Program-made: the position numbers and the translations under genes
Origin: Epiperipatus broadwayi
Lineage: Eukaryota > Animalia > Onychophora
NCBI GenBank assembly: GCA_028023455.1
Contig: JAQFVV010000009.1
Location: 2,046,001 to 2,110,000 of the forward strand
Length of the DNA stretch: 64,000 bases
Direction of reading: 5' to 3'
Shown: positions 41,662 to 54,700 of the stretch, in pieces
Layout of the letters: the number at the start of each line of letters is the position of its first letter
Numbering within the stretch: the stretch's first letter is position 1
Notes under the pieces: model-generated
Database searches by the model: none
The model's input: the letters and a program-made list of their open reading frames with translations, nothing else
Told to the model about the DNA's origin: nothing

Positions 41662-42045
41662 AAACAATGAGGATTGCCAATTCCTCAACAAGCTTTGTGA
41701 TAAATGCTTAGTCAGAGAAAGCATTTAAAATATCTATCAGGACCCCCCCCCCAAACTTCTGACCATGGTTTCGTACTTTGGCACTTCTCAGAGAGACTCT
41801 AGAATAGGTTCAGACACTAGATCAGTGGATCTAGAATCTGAACCTACTCTAGCACCTTTCTGAGAAGTGCCAAAGCATGAAACCATGGTCAGAGGTTGGG
41901 GGGGGGGGTTCCTGACAGATATTTTAGATGCTTTCTCTAGCTAAACATTTATCACAAAGTTTGTTGAGGAATTGGAAATCCTCATTGTTTATATCTTACA
42001 AGCTTAAGAGAATTGGGTCATGTGATCTATGACTCTTATTTTGAA
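41662..42045 (+). mobile_element. Family C near-perfect ~330-bp fold-back with two opposed hammerhead-like motifs plus ~55-nt tail
   Basis: Inverted repeat 41662-41990 with a 4-nt central loop (AGTG, 41824-41827). Motifs at 41756-41796 (-) and 41855-41895 (+). Tail has GGTCATGTGATCTATGAC. Perfect TSD CATTTTTATTATT at 41649-41661 / 42046-42058. Confidence 0.88.
41855..41895 (+). ncRNA. Hammerhead-like ribozyme with variant core (CUGAGAA)
   Basis: CCTTT CTGAGAA GTGC-CAAA-GCAT GAAA CCATG GTC AGAGG: stems I and II pair, palindrome ACCAUGGU, GUC. Confidence 0.7.
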
Positions 42046-42905
42046 CATTTTTATTATTGTAAAAAATAAAAAAGTAGATATATTTTTTGATAACCAAATA
42101 ATAATAAAATGTAATTTATTATTTTAGATTATTAATATTCTAAATGTGGTAAAATTTGGATAACCTCAGTGGTGAAAAGCTTATCTTTTGATTAATATTA
42201 TGTAAATATCTAGTACGTAAATCATCACACACACACACAAACTCATTCAAAGGAATGTTTGATATCCTATATGTATTCACACTGTTGTTATCCTATTTGT
42301 TCATTATTATTTTGATCATCACTATATTTGTCTCTAGATCTCTTGATTAGGTAGGTACTTTTTGTAACAATATATAGAATATCAAATATCATTCATAGGT
42401 ATTAAAAACAAAAAAAAGAATTTAATCTATAAAATTTAATATACCAAAAATAAAATTATAAATAAATAATAGCTATAGCTGTCTTGAAGCATGTATGATA
42501 TCCCAGTAACGTTTTGTTGCAGTTAAAATTTAAACTGAAATTAATGTTTAATTTATACAACATTATTATTTAAATGGAATTTTGGCTTGTATAATTAAAT
42601 TGTTTATTTCCAAGTTATTTGAAAATATCTTGTTGATTTTTTTTTTAAAATCATTTTTCACACATAAATTAAAAACATTTACCAAAATAAAAACTAACTA
42701 TTCCAAATAATAGTATGCTTTGCAAAAAGTGGCTTGGTTTTTTATTTCCTATCATCAATATTATATAAATTTTTATACAATCGTTTATGTTCATATATAT
42801 GTATATATTTTAATGCACATTTACATTCCATTCTTATGATTGCCTACACACTTATACTGCTTTATATATAATGCTATTTTCTTGATTTGTCAACAATATC
42901 TTTTT

Positions 42906-43414
42906 CATCACATGATCACCATTTCTTATGCTTGCTCAAGCTTTTAAAATAGGCAAAACTCTCCATACAATAGTGCCACTCAGTGCAAGCCAAAATAATC
43001 AATAGATGCCAGAAGGCTTGTGCATAAAATCCCTATCTAATGCCTACTCATCCAATATCTCCAAACTAGTTTCTAGCTTGTGGCTTTCATCAGTGAGGAG
43101 CCTTGGATCTGAAACCACTGCACCTAGATCTTAGGATTGAAAATATTATTATGTTTTCAATTTTAGACTCATAGTTTTGTAGTTAAGTAGAGATAAAAAG
43201 TGCTATGAAGGGTAGTATTAGATCTTAAGATCTACATACAGTGCTCTCAGATCCAAGGCTCCTCACTGATGGAAGCTATAAGCTAGAAACTAGTCTGAGG
43301 ATATTGGATGAGTAGGCACTTGATAGGGATTTTATGCCCAAGCCTTCTGGCATCTAGTGATTACTCTGGCTTGCACTGAGTGGCATGACTGCATGTAGAG
43401 TTTTGCCTGTTTTC
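42906..43414 (-). mobile_element. Family A full fold-back (~192-bp arms 42946-43137 / 43222-43413, 84-bp spacer) with two opposed hammerheads
   Basis: HHRs at 43058-43099 (-) and 43260-43301 (+). Terminal motif at 42906-42920. TSD ATATCTTTTT at 42896-42905 / 43415-43424. Confidence 0.88.
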
Positions 43415-44402
43415 ATATCTTTTTTCATTAATAGTCTACCAGCATTTAAAACTACATTAATGCTGGTTTAAAATATGAAGAAGCAAGTGATATAATCATT
43501 CTATTCATACTCTCATATATATAAAGTAATGTAACTTTTTTTCTTTTTTTTCCTCTCTATTTTTATTTAAAGTTATTTAATGTATTTAATTTTTTTTTTC
43601 ATATCCAGTTTTTAAATAATTCTTTATTATATATTTCAATATTAGATAATTGATCATTTTTGATACTTATATAACATTTTATTTTTAAATAAAAATCATT
43701 TAATTTAGCCAATTTATGAGAAATGAGAACTTTTGAAAGGAATCAATAAATCCTCTTTTAAAAGAGTTTTATAAACATTCTAGACTCAGTTTTTATTACT
43801 TGCTATTTATAATATATATCTCTGTGCAATAAGGTGTCAGACTTGTGAAGTGTAATGTCCTTGGATCGATTCCAGTTCTGGCACTCCTGCTACTCAAACT
43901 CATGAACTCTCACATAGTAGTGCCATTCAATTAATTAATGTACATATAGTATTTAAACTTAAATACAAATCCATTTCAAACCTTTAATTTCATTATATAA
44001 GATGTTTATTCAGAACTTGTGCTTCAACAATAAACACACCATCCATATACATAAAATTACTTTTAAAAACCATATGAAAAAACTCTTTCATAATAGATCA
44101 AAATATAGCTACAAACAATAGCTGAGATCAGCAAAACTATAATCCAATCATTTTCCATTTTATATGTGAAGCTTTTAAAAATTGCTGTTAAATTTTGATC
44201 AGTAAATGCCAATATGTTTTTAATAATTAAATGTTTACACCTTTATATTTTTTTGCATAAACATTGATCAATTATTTGGATGGGTTCTTTTCTATTTATA
44301 GATATATATAATTCTGTAACATCTAATGTAAATAATTTTTTTATATTAATAACTAAATGAAATATGTCCAGAAAATCTTAATTTATTCTGTAAAACTTTT
44401 TC

Positions 44403-44498
44403 TTAAAACAGGGAAAACTCTCTATACATATTGCCACTTAGTGCAAGCCAGAGTAATCAATGGATGCCAAAATGATGATCATGTGATGTTTATTGGCT
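44403..44498 (+). mobile_element. Family A minimal copy (inverted arm start plus terminal motif)
   Basis: AAAACAGGGAAAACTC...GATGCC joined to ATGATGATCATGTGATGTTT. TSD TAAAAcTTTTTC 44391-44402 / TAAAAgTTTTTC 44499-44510. Confidence 0.8.
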
Positions 44499-44899
44499 TA
44501 AAAGTTTTTCATTGTAAATTTTTGTTGATTCAAAAATACCAGCACCAGGCTGATATGTATATTTTGCTTATGCATTTTTAAATTTCTAAAGACTTTCTGA
44601 ATTATAGTAGTTGATAGGTAAATACTTAAATACATTTTTCTGTTTAGCACTTTATTTATATAACATCTAAGTATTGTATTCATACATTTTATTCTCATTA
44701 TATTAACAAAACAATTACCCAATAATTAAAATTTTTATTTTTTAAGTTATTGGCATATAGTATCTTTGCATTGTTAAATATAAAAGATCGCTTTTATTAT
44801 TTTTAATACATGTAGTCTGATCATCTGAAAAACAATTTTTATTAAATTATTTTGCTTATACCAAGTTCATCCCATGGCAAATCTTTTATATATGGATAA

Positions 44900-46250
44900 G
44901 AATATTTTAGATATCGTATTGCAATCTGCATATTTTACAAATAGCATCAATTACTTCCATTCTGTAATTTTTTAACAAAATTTTCAACAAATTTTATTTC
45001 TTTTTCTAAATAGAAATTTAAATATAGTAGAAGGCAATTAAGGATAGCATATGTTCCATAAACTAGCTACGGCTAATATTTATTTATAGATTTTTTTGTT
45101 ATTGCTGTTATCATATTAAATTTTATGAGGTTAAATTTATATTTTTTGAATTTATTGAATATAAATGGTATTTGATATTATATATTTTTATCATGTCAAA
45201 TTTTTATAAAGCAGTGCTGCAATTAATGGTTGAATAAACAAAGAATTTTTAAAAAATGTATCAAATATATGCCAAAAAAATTGAATTTTTGAAACTTTTT
45301 CAAAACAACTTATATTCTAAGTTTTTGAAGTTTACAAATTAAAGATCTATATAATGGAGGAAAGAAAAAGATTAATTTTTTAATAATTATGGAAGCAATA
45401 CATATATATAATTAAAAATAGAAATTGTTTGAAAAATATAATTTTAGAGAAATTTATTGCTGATAATGATTTTAAAGATTGATTTGAATTTAAATATATT
45501 TTATGAAGGTAAGTCATTATGGATAAGCAACAAAAAATTAAATACAATAAGAAATATTAATTTTTGCTAATAATCAATTCTTTCAATGTATTAACTGAAC
45601 ATTTGATTCTGTTGAAATTTCTATTTTGAAAAAAGAAATTAAATTTTTTGGAAGTTCTATAAAAATTATAGAGTAGAATTAAATTGCAGCTATAGAAAGT
45701 GTCTATGAAGTTATACAGGATAAAACATTCTCAGTCATGCATTCTGATTTATTATGAATTGACATTTAATCTAAATTAATTAATTTAATAAAAATATTTT
45801 TGATATCCAGATATATGTACGTTAAAGAAGATAAAGTTGGATTTTATATCTAATTTATAAAGATAGAATATAGAGAAAAAAAATCTATCAACAAACTTAA
45901 CAAATTAGGATTTAAATTATTGGATAAATATTCTGTTGATACAATGAGAATGAAAATTATAAATATAATATATTGATCAAGTTTGAAATAGAAAAATATT
46001 TATCCAACAGTTATGATAATTCTGAGAATACTTGAAAATTTAAAATATGCATAAGCAAGATATGCTTATCAGTCTTATGCTGACTTTTGGAGGAAGCATG
46101 TTTTTATATGCTTTTATTTTAATATTTGCTTGTCTGGGTCAAATCTTAAAACTCAATTTTCATCTTTCCAATTTCAAATCTAATCGAAACTTTGCATATG
46201 CACATATTCTCAATGACAATACATTTTTTTAGAGTTTGCAAATAATTTTA
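44900..46250 (+). mobile_element. Possible decayed hAT-like transposase C-terminal region
   Basis: IYPTVMIILRIL followed by a region loosely resembling the hAT dimerisation domain; many stops. Confidence 0.3.
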
Positions 46251-46426
46251 ACAAAAAAAATTAATGGAATATTTAAATCTTTAATTTTATATGTTATATA
46301 GATACTAATGGCATCTTTTGTAATTGAAGGAAAAATGATTAGTTGAAAACTGATATTGATATTTTGATGTTATATACATATATATATAAGTACTTTGGTA
46401 TTAGACCTTATATACATATATATATA

Positions 46427-46850
46427 AGTACTTTGGTATTAGACCTGCAACATAGGGGAGATAAGAGGCCTTTTCACATCTACAATAAATGTATAATGTT
46501 GCAATGATGTTAAATTGAAAGGAAATCCCTGCGAGTATATGTGTAGAAAATAATTGTATACAAGATCTGTCTACATATTATTTTTGTTGGATCACAAGAT
46601 TACAAAGTTATCAGCAGATTGATATGAATGTGAAAAAAGTGCAGTAGGTCTAATACTTGCTCCGTGTTGCAGGTCTAATACCAAAATACCAAAAAAAGAG
46701 ATTGCATTGATAAAGAAAAACACATCTCCACACATACATCCACAGGGTTTATTTCCCTTCAATTTGACATCATCGCGACATTACGCATTTATTGTGGGTG
46801 TGAAAAAGTATCCTATCTTCCCTACATTGCAAGTCTAATACCAAAGTACC
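46427..46850. mobile_element. MITE with ~125-bp imperfect TIRs and TA flanks
   Basis: Left AGTACTTTGGTATTAGACCTGCAACATAGGG..., right reverse complement GGTACTTTGGTATTAGACTTGCAATGTAGGG...; TA on both sides (Tc1/mariner-like TSD). Confidence 0.8.
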
Positions 46851-49800
46851 TATTTTTTATATTCCTTTTTTTTTTAAAAGCTGAAGAAAATTTATTTTTT
46901 ACTTTTAAATGAATTCATGTGAATAAAAACATTCTTTAAATTTTTTTACTTTTTATTTCAAGCAGAAATATATATTGAAAAATTTTTGTAAGATAAATAA
47001 GGATTTGGTAAACATAATATTTTATTATCATTTGATTTTAACAAAAATATTGATTAATTATTGATAAAGACAGAGTCATCCCAAGAGTGATGCAAACAAT
47101 GTGGCCACACTAGGACCTGCATTTATCAAGACCCCATGCCTCTATGACCTATACTTTCTGCAAAAATAAAAAAAATAAAATAAAAGTTTTATTACTTGCT
47201 AAGCATAATTACATTTCTCCTTTTTTTTCCTGCAAAAATTTTCTAATTTGAAGATGCTTTCATGTCAAAATAATACAATTGTAGAAGCACTGGTTGTGTT
47301 AATGTGGATTTTTCAGCTATGTACAATAGGTTTGATTAAATATTTCACAATGTTCTAGTCATGTTAATGTGAAATCAGCATAGGTTAAGAATGATTCTCT
47401 TCATTAGCAATTTTATCTATTGAATCACAATTCCAGAAAAGAATAAATTATGATGATATTATGAATTGATTCACAGTAAAATACTCAAAGAAATAAAATA
47501 TATTATGTATTATATGTATTTTATTTGTGTTTTCAAATATTTATTCAATAAAATTACACAGTCTTATATCTAATTTATAAGTAATCATAAATAAGTAATT
47601 ATTTATACATTATAAGTATTAATTTGGGCAGTTTTATTTTTGCAAAAAATTATATTTTATTTTTTTGAATGGTTTTTTTCTTTAGCCAATTCTCATTCAA
47701 AATAAATTAAAAATTTAATAAAGAGAATCATTCTTGACTTGATTTATAATAATTGTAAAGCAATATATCTATATTTTCAAATAAGATAATTTTTTTAAAA
47801 ATATCTAAGTATTTTTATCATGAGTAGACATAGTGATGGCAAAATTTAATAGTAATTTTCAAAATTTGCACATAGAAAATGGAAAATAGATGTTCATAAT
47901 TTTATCAATTTCAGCTATTATTTGTAACTATTATATTTTATTTTATGAAAAAGTTGTTTTTTTTAATTTTGCATGAGGATTAAATATTATTTTATGAATG
48001 TTAATGATATGCTTATTATTGAAGGAACAATTATGGTTAAACTTCTTATTTTAAATAAAATTAAAGATTTGAAATGGACTCATAATTCCAAGGATAGTTT
48101 AAATTTATGAAGGACAAACAATAAAATTGAATGTAAGATATTTACAAAAATTCTTAGCTATTAGAGTATATATTAATTTCTTTCAGAAATTTCTATAACT
48201 TGTAAATTGTCAGAATTTAATTGATTTTTATTTAGAAATAAAATCTCATGTAAATATCAAAGTAATTATTTGGATATATATATAAAAATTAATATATTAA
48301 ATAATTTTAAATATAGATGGAGAAAAAAAAAGAGATGAGAAAAAATGGGTTTCGATACTTTATATAAAAGAAGAGAATATGTAGAATGATTATATTAGTG
48401 CCCCCCCCCCCACACATTTTAATGTAGCCTTTAATGTATCAGCAAATACTAATAAAGTATTAATGGAAAAATATCTGTGGTAAAATCAACAAATGTAATA
48501 TTATTAATAAATTTGTATGTAGGTCTGAGTAATCTTATGTGATGAAATAATAATGTGAAAGAAAGAGTCTAGCTTGTTTTTGTAGACAATGAGAGTTTTT
48601 ATTTTAAATATTGAGAATGGGGAAAAATCAAGGAGATATATTTATGAATATATCACAGTTTAGCTATTTAAATGATTGTTTTGCAAATTATCTCTTAATT
48701 TGAATTTAAATTTTAATTGTAATTAACTGCTACTAGAAATAGCATACATGCTATAAGATACTTATAGCTAATTTATTTTTTGAATTTATATTTGATATAT
48801 TAAATTTAAAAAAGTTAAATCCAGTTTTTTGTTTTTATTATATAGATACTTAATCAAATAAAACTTTGATACAAAGTAAGATTTAATTTTAAATTTCAAA
48901 AAATCGTGCAGCTTCTTGCATTTTTATGGCATTCTCATGGTTAGTATAAAGAAAGAATACTGATTAAAAGATATTGTGCTATTAATTAAAATTTTAGCAT
49001 TGACTTATTTGAATGCTGTTGAAGCACTTACTTCTTGAATTGGATATGAATCATGCTTCCTTTAATTTATGTTTGTGATGGGTTTTTTCTACACACTTTA
49101 TATGATTACTAAATTATTATTGGAATTTTAGTTAACAGTATGTTTGTTTTAAATCATTATTATCTAAATATTAGTCATGAGTTTGGCTTGAAAGTACTGA
49201 AAGTTCACTTGGCAATATTTTGAAATTAAATCTTATTTTGTGTCAAAGATATTGTTTTTTATTGAGATATTTATTAGGAAAAAGTCATTCACAACTTATT
49301 ATATAAAATGTAGTGAGGATAAAACATTGTAAAAAGAGGGGAAATGGAACATATTATTCCTCTATTTAAGGTACCTATCTATCTAAACTTGGTAAGTTTT
49401 TAAAATAATTTTCTTCTGTGAATGAAATTATGAATACATGTAAATAATTTTATATATCAATGAAGACACCATATTCAAAACATTAAAAATAATAGTAGAG
49501 AATTAAAATAACTTAATCATGATTTGCTATTTTGAAATTAAAGTTGTAAATTTAATTCTTAGCTTTATACACATTTAACTATAAGCTATTGATGCATAAT
49601 ATTGTTCACAATAAATAGTATCCACTAGCCCCATAATTATAATTAATTTAGAAATAAATGTTATTAATAATTCTTAGAGAATTATAATAAGAAGATATAT
49701 GATTGATTAATTTAATTAAATACTTTTCTATTTTAAAATATTCAATCAATAGTATATAAAACAAACATATGCTTCTAAAGCTGTTCACAAGAAGGACAAA

Positions 49801-50519
49801 TGATATCATTAATAATTTTTCTTTTCATTCTTGGTTCAACACATGATATTCAAACTTTACTCTTTTTCGGTAATTTTATTTATCATTTATTCTGATTATT
49901 CTTTCATTCTTTTAATTTCACATTTATTTTAATATTGGTTATTTTTTTGACTTATTTAAATTTTCATCCATAAATTTATTATTTTCTTTATTATTACAAA
50001 TGATTATTATTTATATATTACACTAAGAAATCATTTTTATCTATAATTTACTTTTTTGAATCTATTTGTGTATACTGTATACTCATATTAACATATTTAA
50101 AACTAATTATATATCTTTTTTCATTATTTTTAATAGTAATGATAATAGTAGTAGTAGTAGATATTATTTTTTAAATTAGCAATATAATCTAATTCATCGT
50201 AGAAAGTGTGGACGCTCTTATAACCTTTACAAGAAAATTAAACACTCAAATAATATTATTTAACCAAATATTTGTATATTATTGTTATTGTCTTTGGAAA
50301 AGTCTTTCAGGTTGGAGATTAAATATTGAAGCATAGAAAATCTGAAAATAATATTCTTTTTCACAAAAAGCTTTTCGGAGCAATATGTCTTAATTACAAT
50401 TTGAAGACAGGCATACAATTATTTAAAATAAATAATATCACTGTCTGAAAAATATATCATTTTTCTTAATATAACAAGATACATGTAGTTACTTCTTCCA
50501 TACATCCATTCCTTTACTA

Positions 50520-51100
50520 AAAACTTTATTATAACCATCTCTCCTTTTTTTCAAGCTAAGTTTTTGCACATCCCTCTTCAACTAATAAATTAGCAATTCA
50601 AAAGACTGCCTATTCTTTGATTAGACTCCTCACACAAGGTACAAGATTCTATGCCCTCAAACTGGCTGCAGTGCCATATACTATGGGTAATCCTACACAT
50701 CTCTCTCTATTAGTGTCTCTCATTACTATTATTTATAAATACAAAGGAGCACTGAATAAATCTGAATATAATTCCATCATTTTAGAACACCAAAGGTCCA
50801 ACCAGCCATCTATTTAAACCATCTTCTACTTCCATTGCATGCATAGAATGCCATGACTCTAAATGTAAAATCAAAGAAGCATGGCTTATAGCCAACAACA
50901 CCACTATAAACTGAAAGGAAGCATGTTTTTTTCTCCAAAAAGTGGACTTTCTAATCCAATTTGCATATATTTAAATATTTGTCGCATACATTTTCTTTTG
51001 TGTTCATACAACCCACTTGCTATGATTCTCAAAAGTGCTCTGCCAATTAATATTACAAATTATACTTAGCTTCACTATTGCCTGCATTTTAGCACATTTA
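50520..51100 (-). mobile_element. Possible decayed LINE 3' region (CCHC-type)
   Basis: GC-richer, broken similarity ending LC.E.NQRI..LLNC; resembles the 25.7-kb relic. Confidence 0.3.
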
Positions 51101-51699
51101 GTCATATATAGAATTATTCTATGCCTTTCATTTATACAAAAATAACTTTAATTATTTTATTCATTTGAATAGAGATAAATTATATCTATTTATTAAATTC
51201 CAATCCTGATTTTATTTTCTTAATTTAAAGAGTTAAAAAATATTAAACGTTTAACTTTTATATACAAAACTTTTAATTTTATGCAATTTAGAATTATAAT
51301 AAATTTAAGTAATATTTCATCTTTTTTGTATTATTAATAGTTTTTTTTAATAGATTAAATCTTATAATTATGAAACTTTATAACTAAATCTTTATTAAAA
51401 TTATGTATTTATTTATGTAATTCATTTAAGAAAACAATTTTTTCACATTTACTTACTCTAATAATAAATTTAAAAAAAGAATTATATATGTATTAATCAC
51501 TAGCAAAGGCATAAATGATGTATAATTTTTTCCCATATCTCCTCTTTATAACATATAAAAAAAAAATGTTGCTAGTAGAGTCTGTGATCTACCTGTCGTC
51601 TACTCATAGGATGGCGTTACTATCCACACACCAATAAATTCCCAGGGGAAAAAAACTAATCAATGTTTTTTTTTTTTTTAAATCATTTAACAAATATTA

Positions 51700-53260
51700 C
51701 AATAAAAAGAATTGAAATATGAACATAATATATTTATACAACAAACTTGAAAATAATGTATTTATTGACTAAATCAAAGCATAATGATTAAAAAACAAAT
51801 ACATTTAGTATGAACTATACAAACATCTGTAAGGAGTTAAATTATAAAACCAATCCATGACTTTTAAGTAAAGATATAGTAATTACAGCAATACAAAAAG
51901 TAAATTATACAATCCATAAGTAAGTAATTGATAGTAATAAATACATAAGAAATTAAAATCCAATAAGGTGTCTACATATAAGAAAAATGAAAAACATGCG
52001 TACCATAAAAAGTATTATGAGTGAAAAAAATTACATTTTCAAAAATAACTATAAGAAGTTAAACTGTGGAAGTGAATACAAAAAATCCATAAGAAAGTAA
52101 TTGCAATATTAAATCCATAACAAATATTTTTAACCAGTAGTGTAAGCTTGCAAGAATGAAATAAAGCCAAACTCTGTAATATCATACAAGGATAAGTTAC
52201 AATCTTTCCCATTTAAATTAGAAAAATAGGAGGAAAAAAAACAACAATCCACTTCTGATTGGACAAGTTATTTACCTTTCTGTGGTTGCTGTAATGTAGG
52301 AGTAGATTCTTCAAGTGTTTTTCATCTTTTTTTCCCAGCATGGCAAAACAGCATTAGCCACAAGTCTCCATAGTGACACAATCATTCAAGAGACTGAGAC
52401 TGTGTTATTGCAAAAATGCCACTGCTTTTTTTTCGTTTAATATTACTTGGCAATAGAAACTTGTCATCCGTAATTTTTATATGAATGAAGAAAAATATTA
52501 CTTGTTGATTTGTAAAGTAATGAATTTATGTCAACTGTCATATCATTAAGTATTATGATGAGTTTCAATGTTATGATATTACTTAGTGGTGCAGTGTGAA
52601 AATAATAAAAATTATGGATTAAAACTACAATGTCAGTAAATTTATATTTTTTATTTTTTTTTACATTCTATGGCATCTACAATTTTTTATGTCTCCATTT
52701 TTTGGAATTTAATTTCTTGTGGTTTATATTTGTCCTCATCACTAAAATTTTATTTATTTCCAGAGTTTTAATTTGCACAATTATTATGATAATTTTAAAT
52801 TTCTACAAATGTGTTTTTTATAATATCCATATTTTTCTTTTTTTATATATAAAGATACCTTTTTGGATTTTAATTTATGGATTTATTGCTAACAATTATT
52901 TTCTTAGAGATTACATAGTCTATTTTTTGTATTGTAGTGCTTGATAAATATTTTCTTGTCTTTAGTGTATATTTTCATCTATGCACTTTTTTTAGCATCA
53001 GTGTTTTTCATTTTCTTTATGAATTTAGTATAGACAATTACTTTCTTATGGATTGTGTAGTTTTCTTCTTGTATTGCTGTGCTTATTATCAAGCCTCAGA
53101 TTTATTCTGTAATTTAATTTCTTATAGAGTTGCATTTTGTCTCATTTAATTTTTTATGAAATTTATATTTATTGAAAGTATTTGCTTTGTAATCATTATG
53201 CATTAGTTTGATTGCTAAATATGTTATATTCATGTTTCATTTAAATTATTTTTATATTTT
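51700..53260. mobile_element. Degenerate fold-back element with long subrepeated TIRs
   Basis: 51886-51930 vs 53035-53079 inverted, 40/45 identical. Further inverted matches at ~51770-51810 / 53165-53210 and ~52081-52130 / 52868-52912. Ends not defined. Confidence 0.55.
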
Positions 53261-54700
53261 TGATTTTTGATAATTTGTTATAAAAAGTATGCCATGTTCA
53301 ATAACTCTCACAATTAAAAAAAATGGTCATTTCTAAAATTGTGTATCACAGTAAGAACTGACCATTTTTCTATTGAACACAGCAACTAGAGGGCAGTTCA
53401 ATTATTTATATATATGTATATAAACATAAAGAAGTAAAGCAGTTTGAGTAATCCACAAGATCATGAGTATTAAACAGGCTAATTGAGTGCCAGGTGTGAA
53501 GATTATTATAGTTTTTTTTTTTTGTTTTATTCTCTAGTTAATAATAGTTAAATATTCATTTATTAATCAATAATTAATCATTAACTGGGTTTTGACGATG
53601 GTATAAGCCATTTACAAAAATTAATCTTGCTTTGGAATTTTCAAGTGTCTTAAAAAATTCACAAGTTAAACTCTGATTCATATCCTATGCCATGATATTA
53701 AGTACTACATCATATGTATGTATACAAATGCTATAAGTGTAATATGTATGTTATTATTAAAACATTGTAATACCTATTTTAATGCTATAAACATGTCTTA
53801 TGTATAACAAATAAAATTTTATAAATTAAAATTAATAATTGCTCATTATTATTAATTTTAAAAATAAAATGTATTTTTTTTTTTTTTTTTTAAAGTCTTG
53901 GCATGATAGTAATTATTTGGTTATTTAGAAAATACTACATTTTTATTCAGGTAAGAAAGATGTTTGTTTTTATTAATAAATAAATAATTTTCCGTTTTGA
54001 TTTTCAAATATAGGTAATTATTTTATAAGTGAACTTGTTTAAGCATCCCTTATTAGCTCATCATTAGTCAAATTTCGAATATAAACTATGACAATATAAG
54101 GATTTTAGTCTTGATTTTAGAGAACCTTCTTCCCATTTGTCAAACATTAATCATTAAAAATAAATTGAAAGCAAATAATGCAGTAATTTGTCAGTTAATA
54201 AACTAAATTATGATATATGAAGGTTACTAATTTTAAATCAAATTTCTGTTTTTAGGAAGAGAACATAATTAAATAATCAGCATAACATTTAATGTAGTTA
54301 ACAAAGAACTACATTAAAAATAAACAACAGGTGTAAAATTATTTATATTCTTATTTTATTGTAATGAATATATGACTATATGTCAATGTTTTACACAGTT
54401 ATCATTGTCAGTCTCAACATGCTTGCTGTTAGAACTTAAAATGTTTTATTTATTTATGCCTATGGCTGATTAATAATTAAAGAGGTTTTATCAATCACTA
54501 TCTTGATATAGTTTAATCTCTATATATCCAGGGCCAATGCAGTCAGTTAGCAACTGGATAATTATATTTTAAAATAAAAGAAAACAACCAAAGTTTAAAT
54601 AAATTTCAAGAGTTTATTTACTCTGAATATTAAAAATTATATTAGTAGGGATTAGTAATTCAACTCACTATTTGTCTCAAGAACAAGATCGCATAGACCT

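Noticed and set aside
42906-43414. Classical TIR MITE or Helentron/HINE interpretation of families A/C
   Set aside because: The inverted repeats are not terminal (one-sided tail), their lengths vary between copies, TSDs are 10-15 bp and variable, and the arms carry hammerheads. Not formally excluded without a library search.
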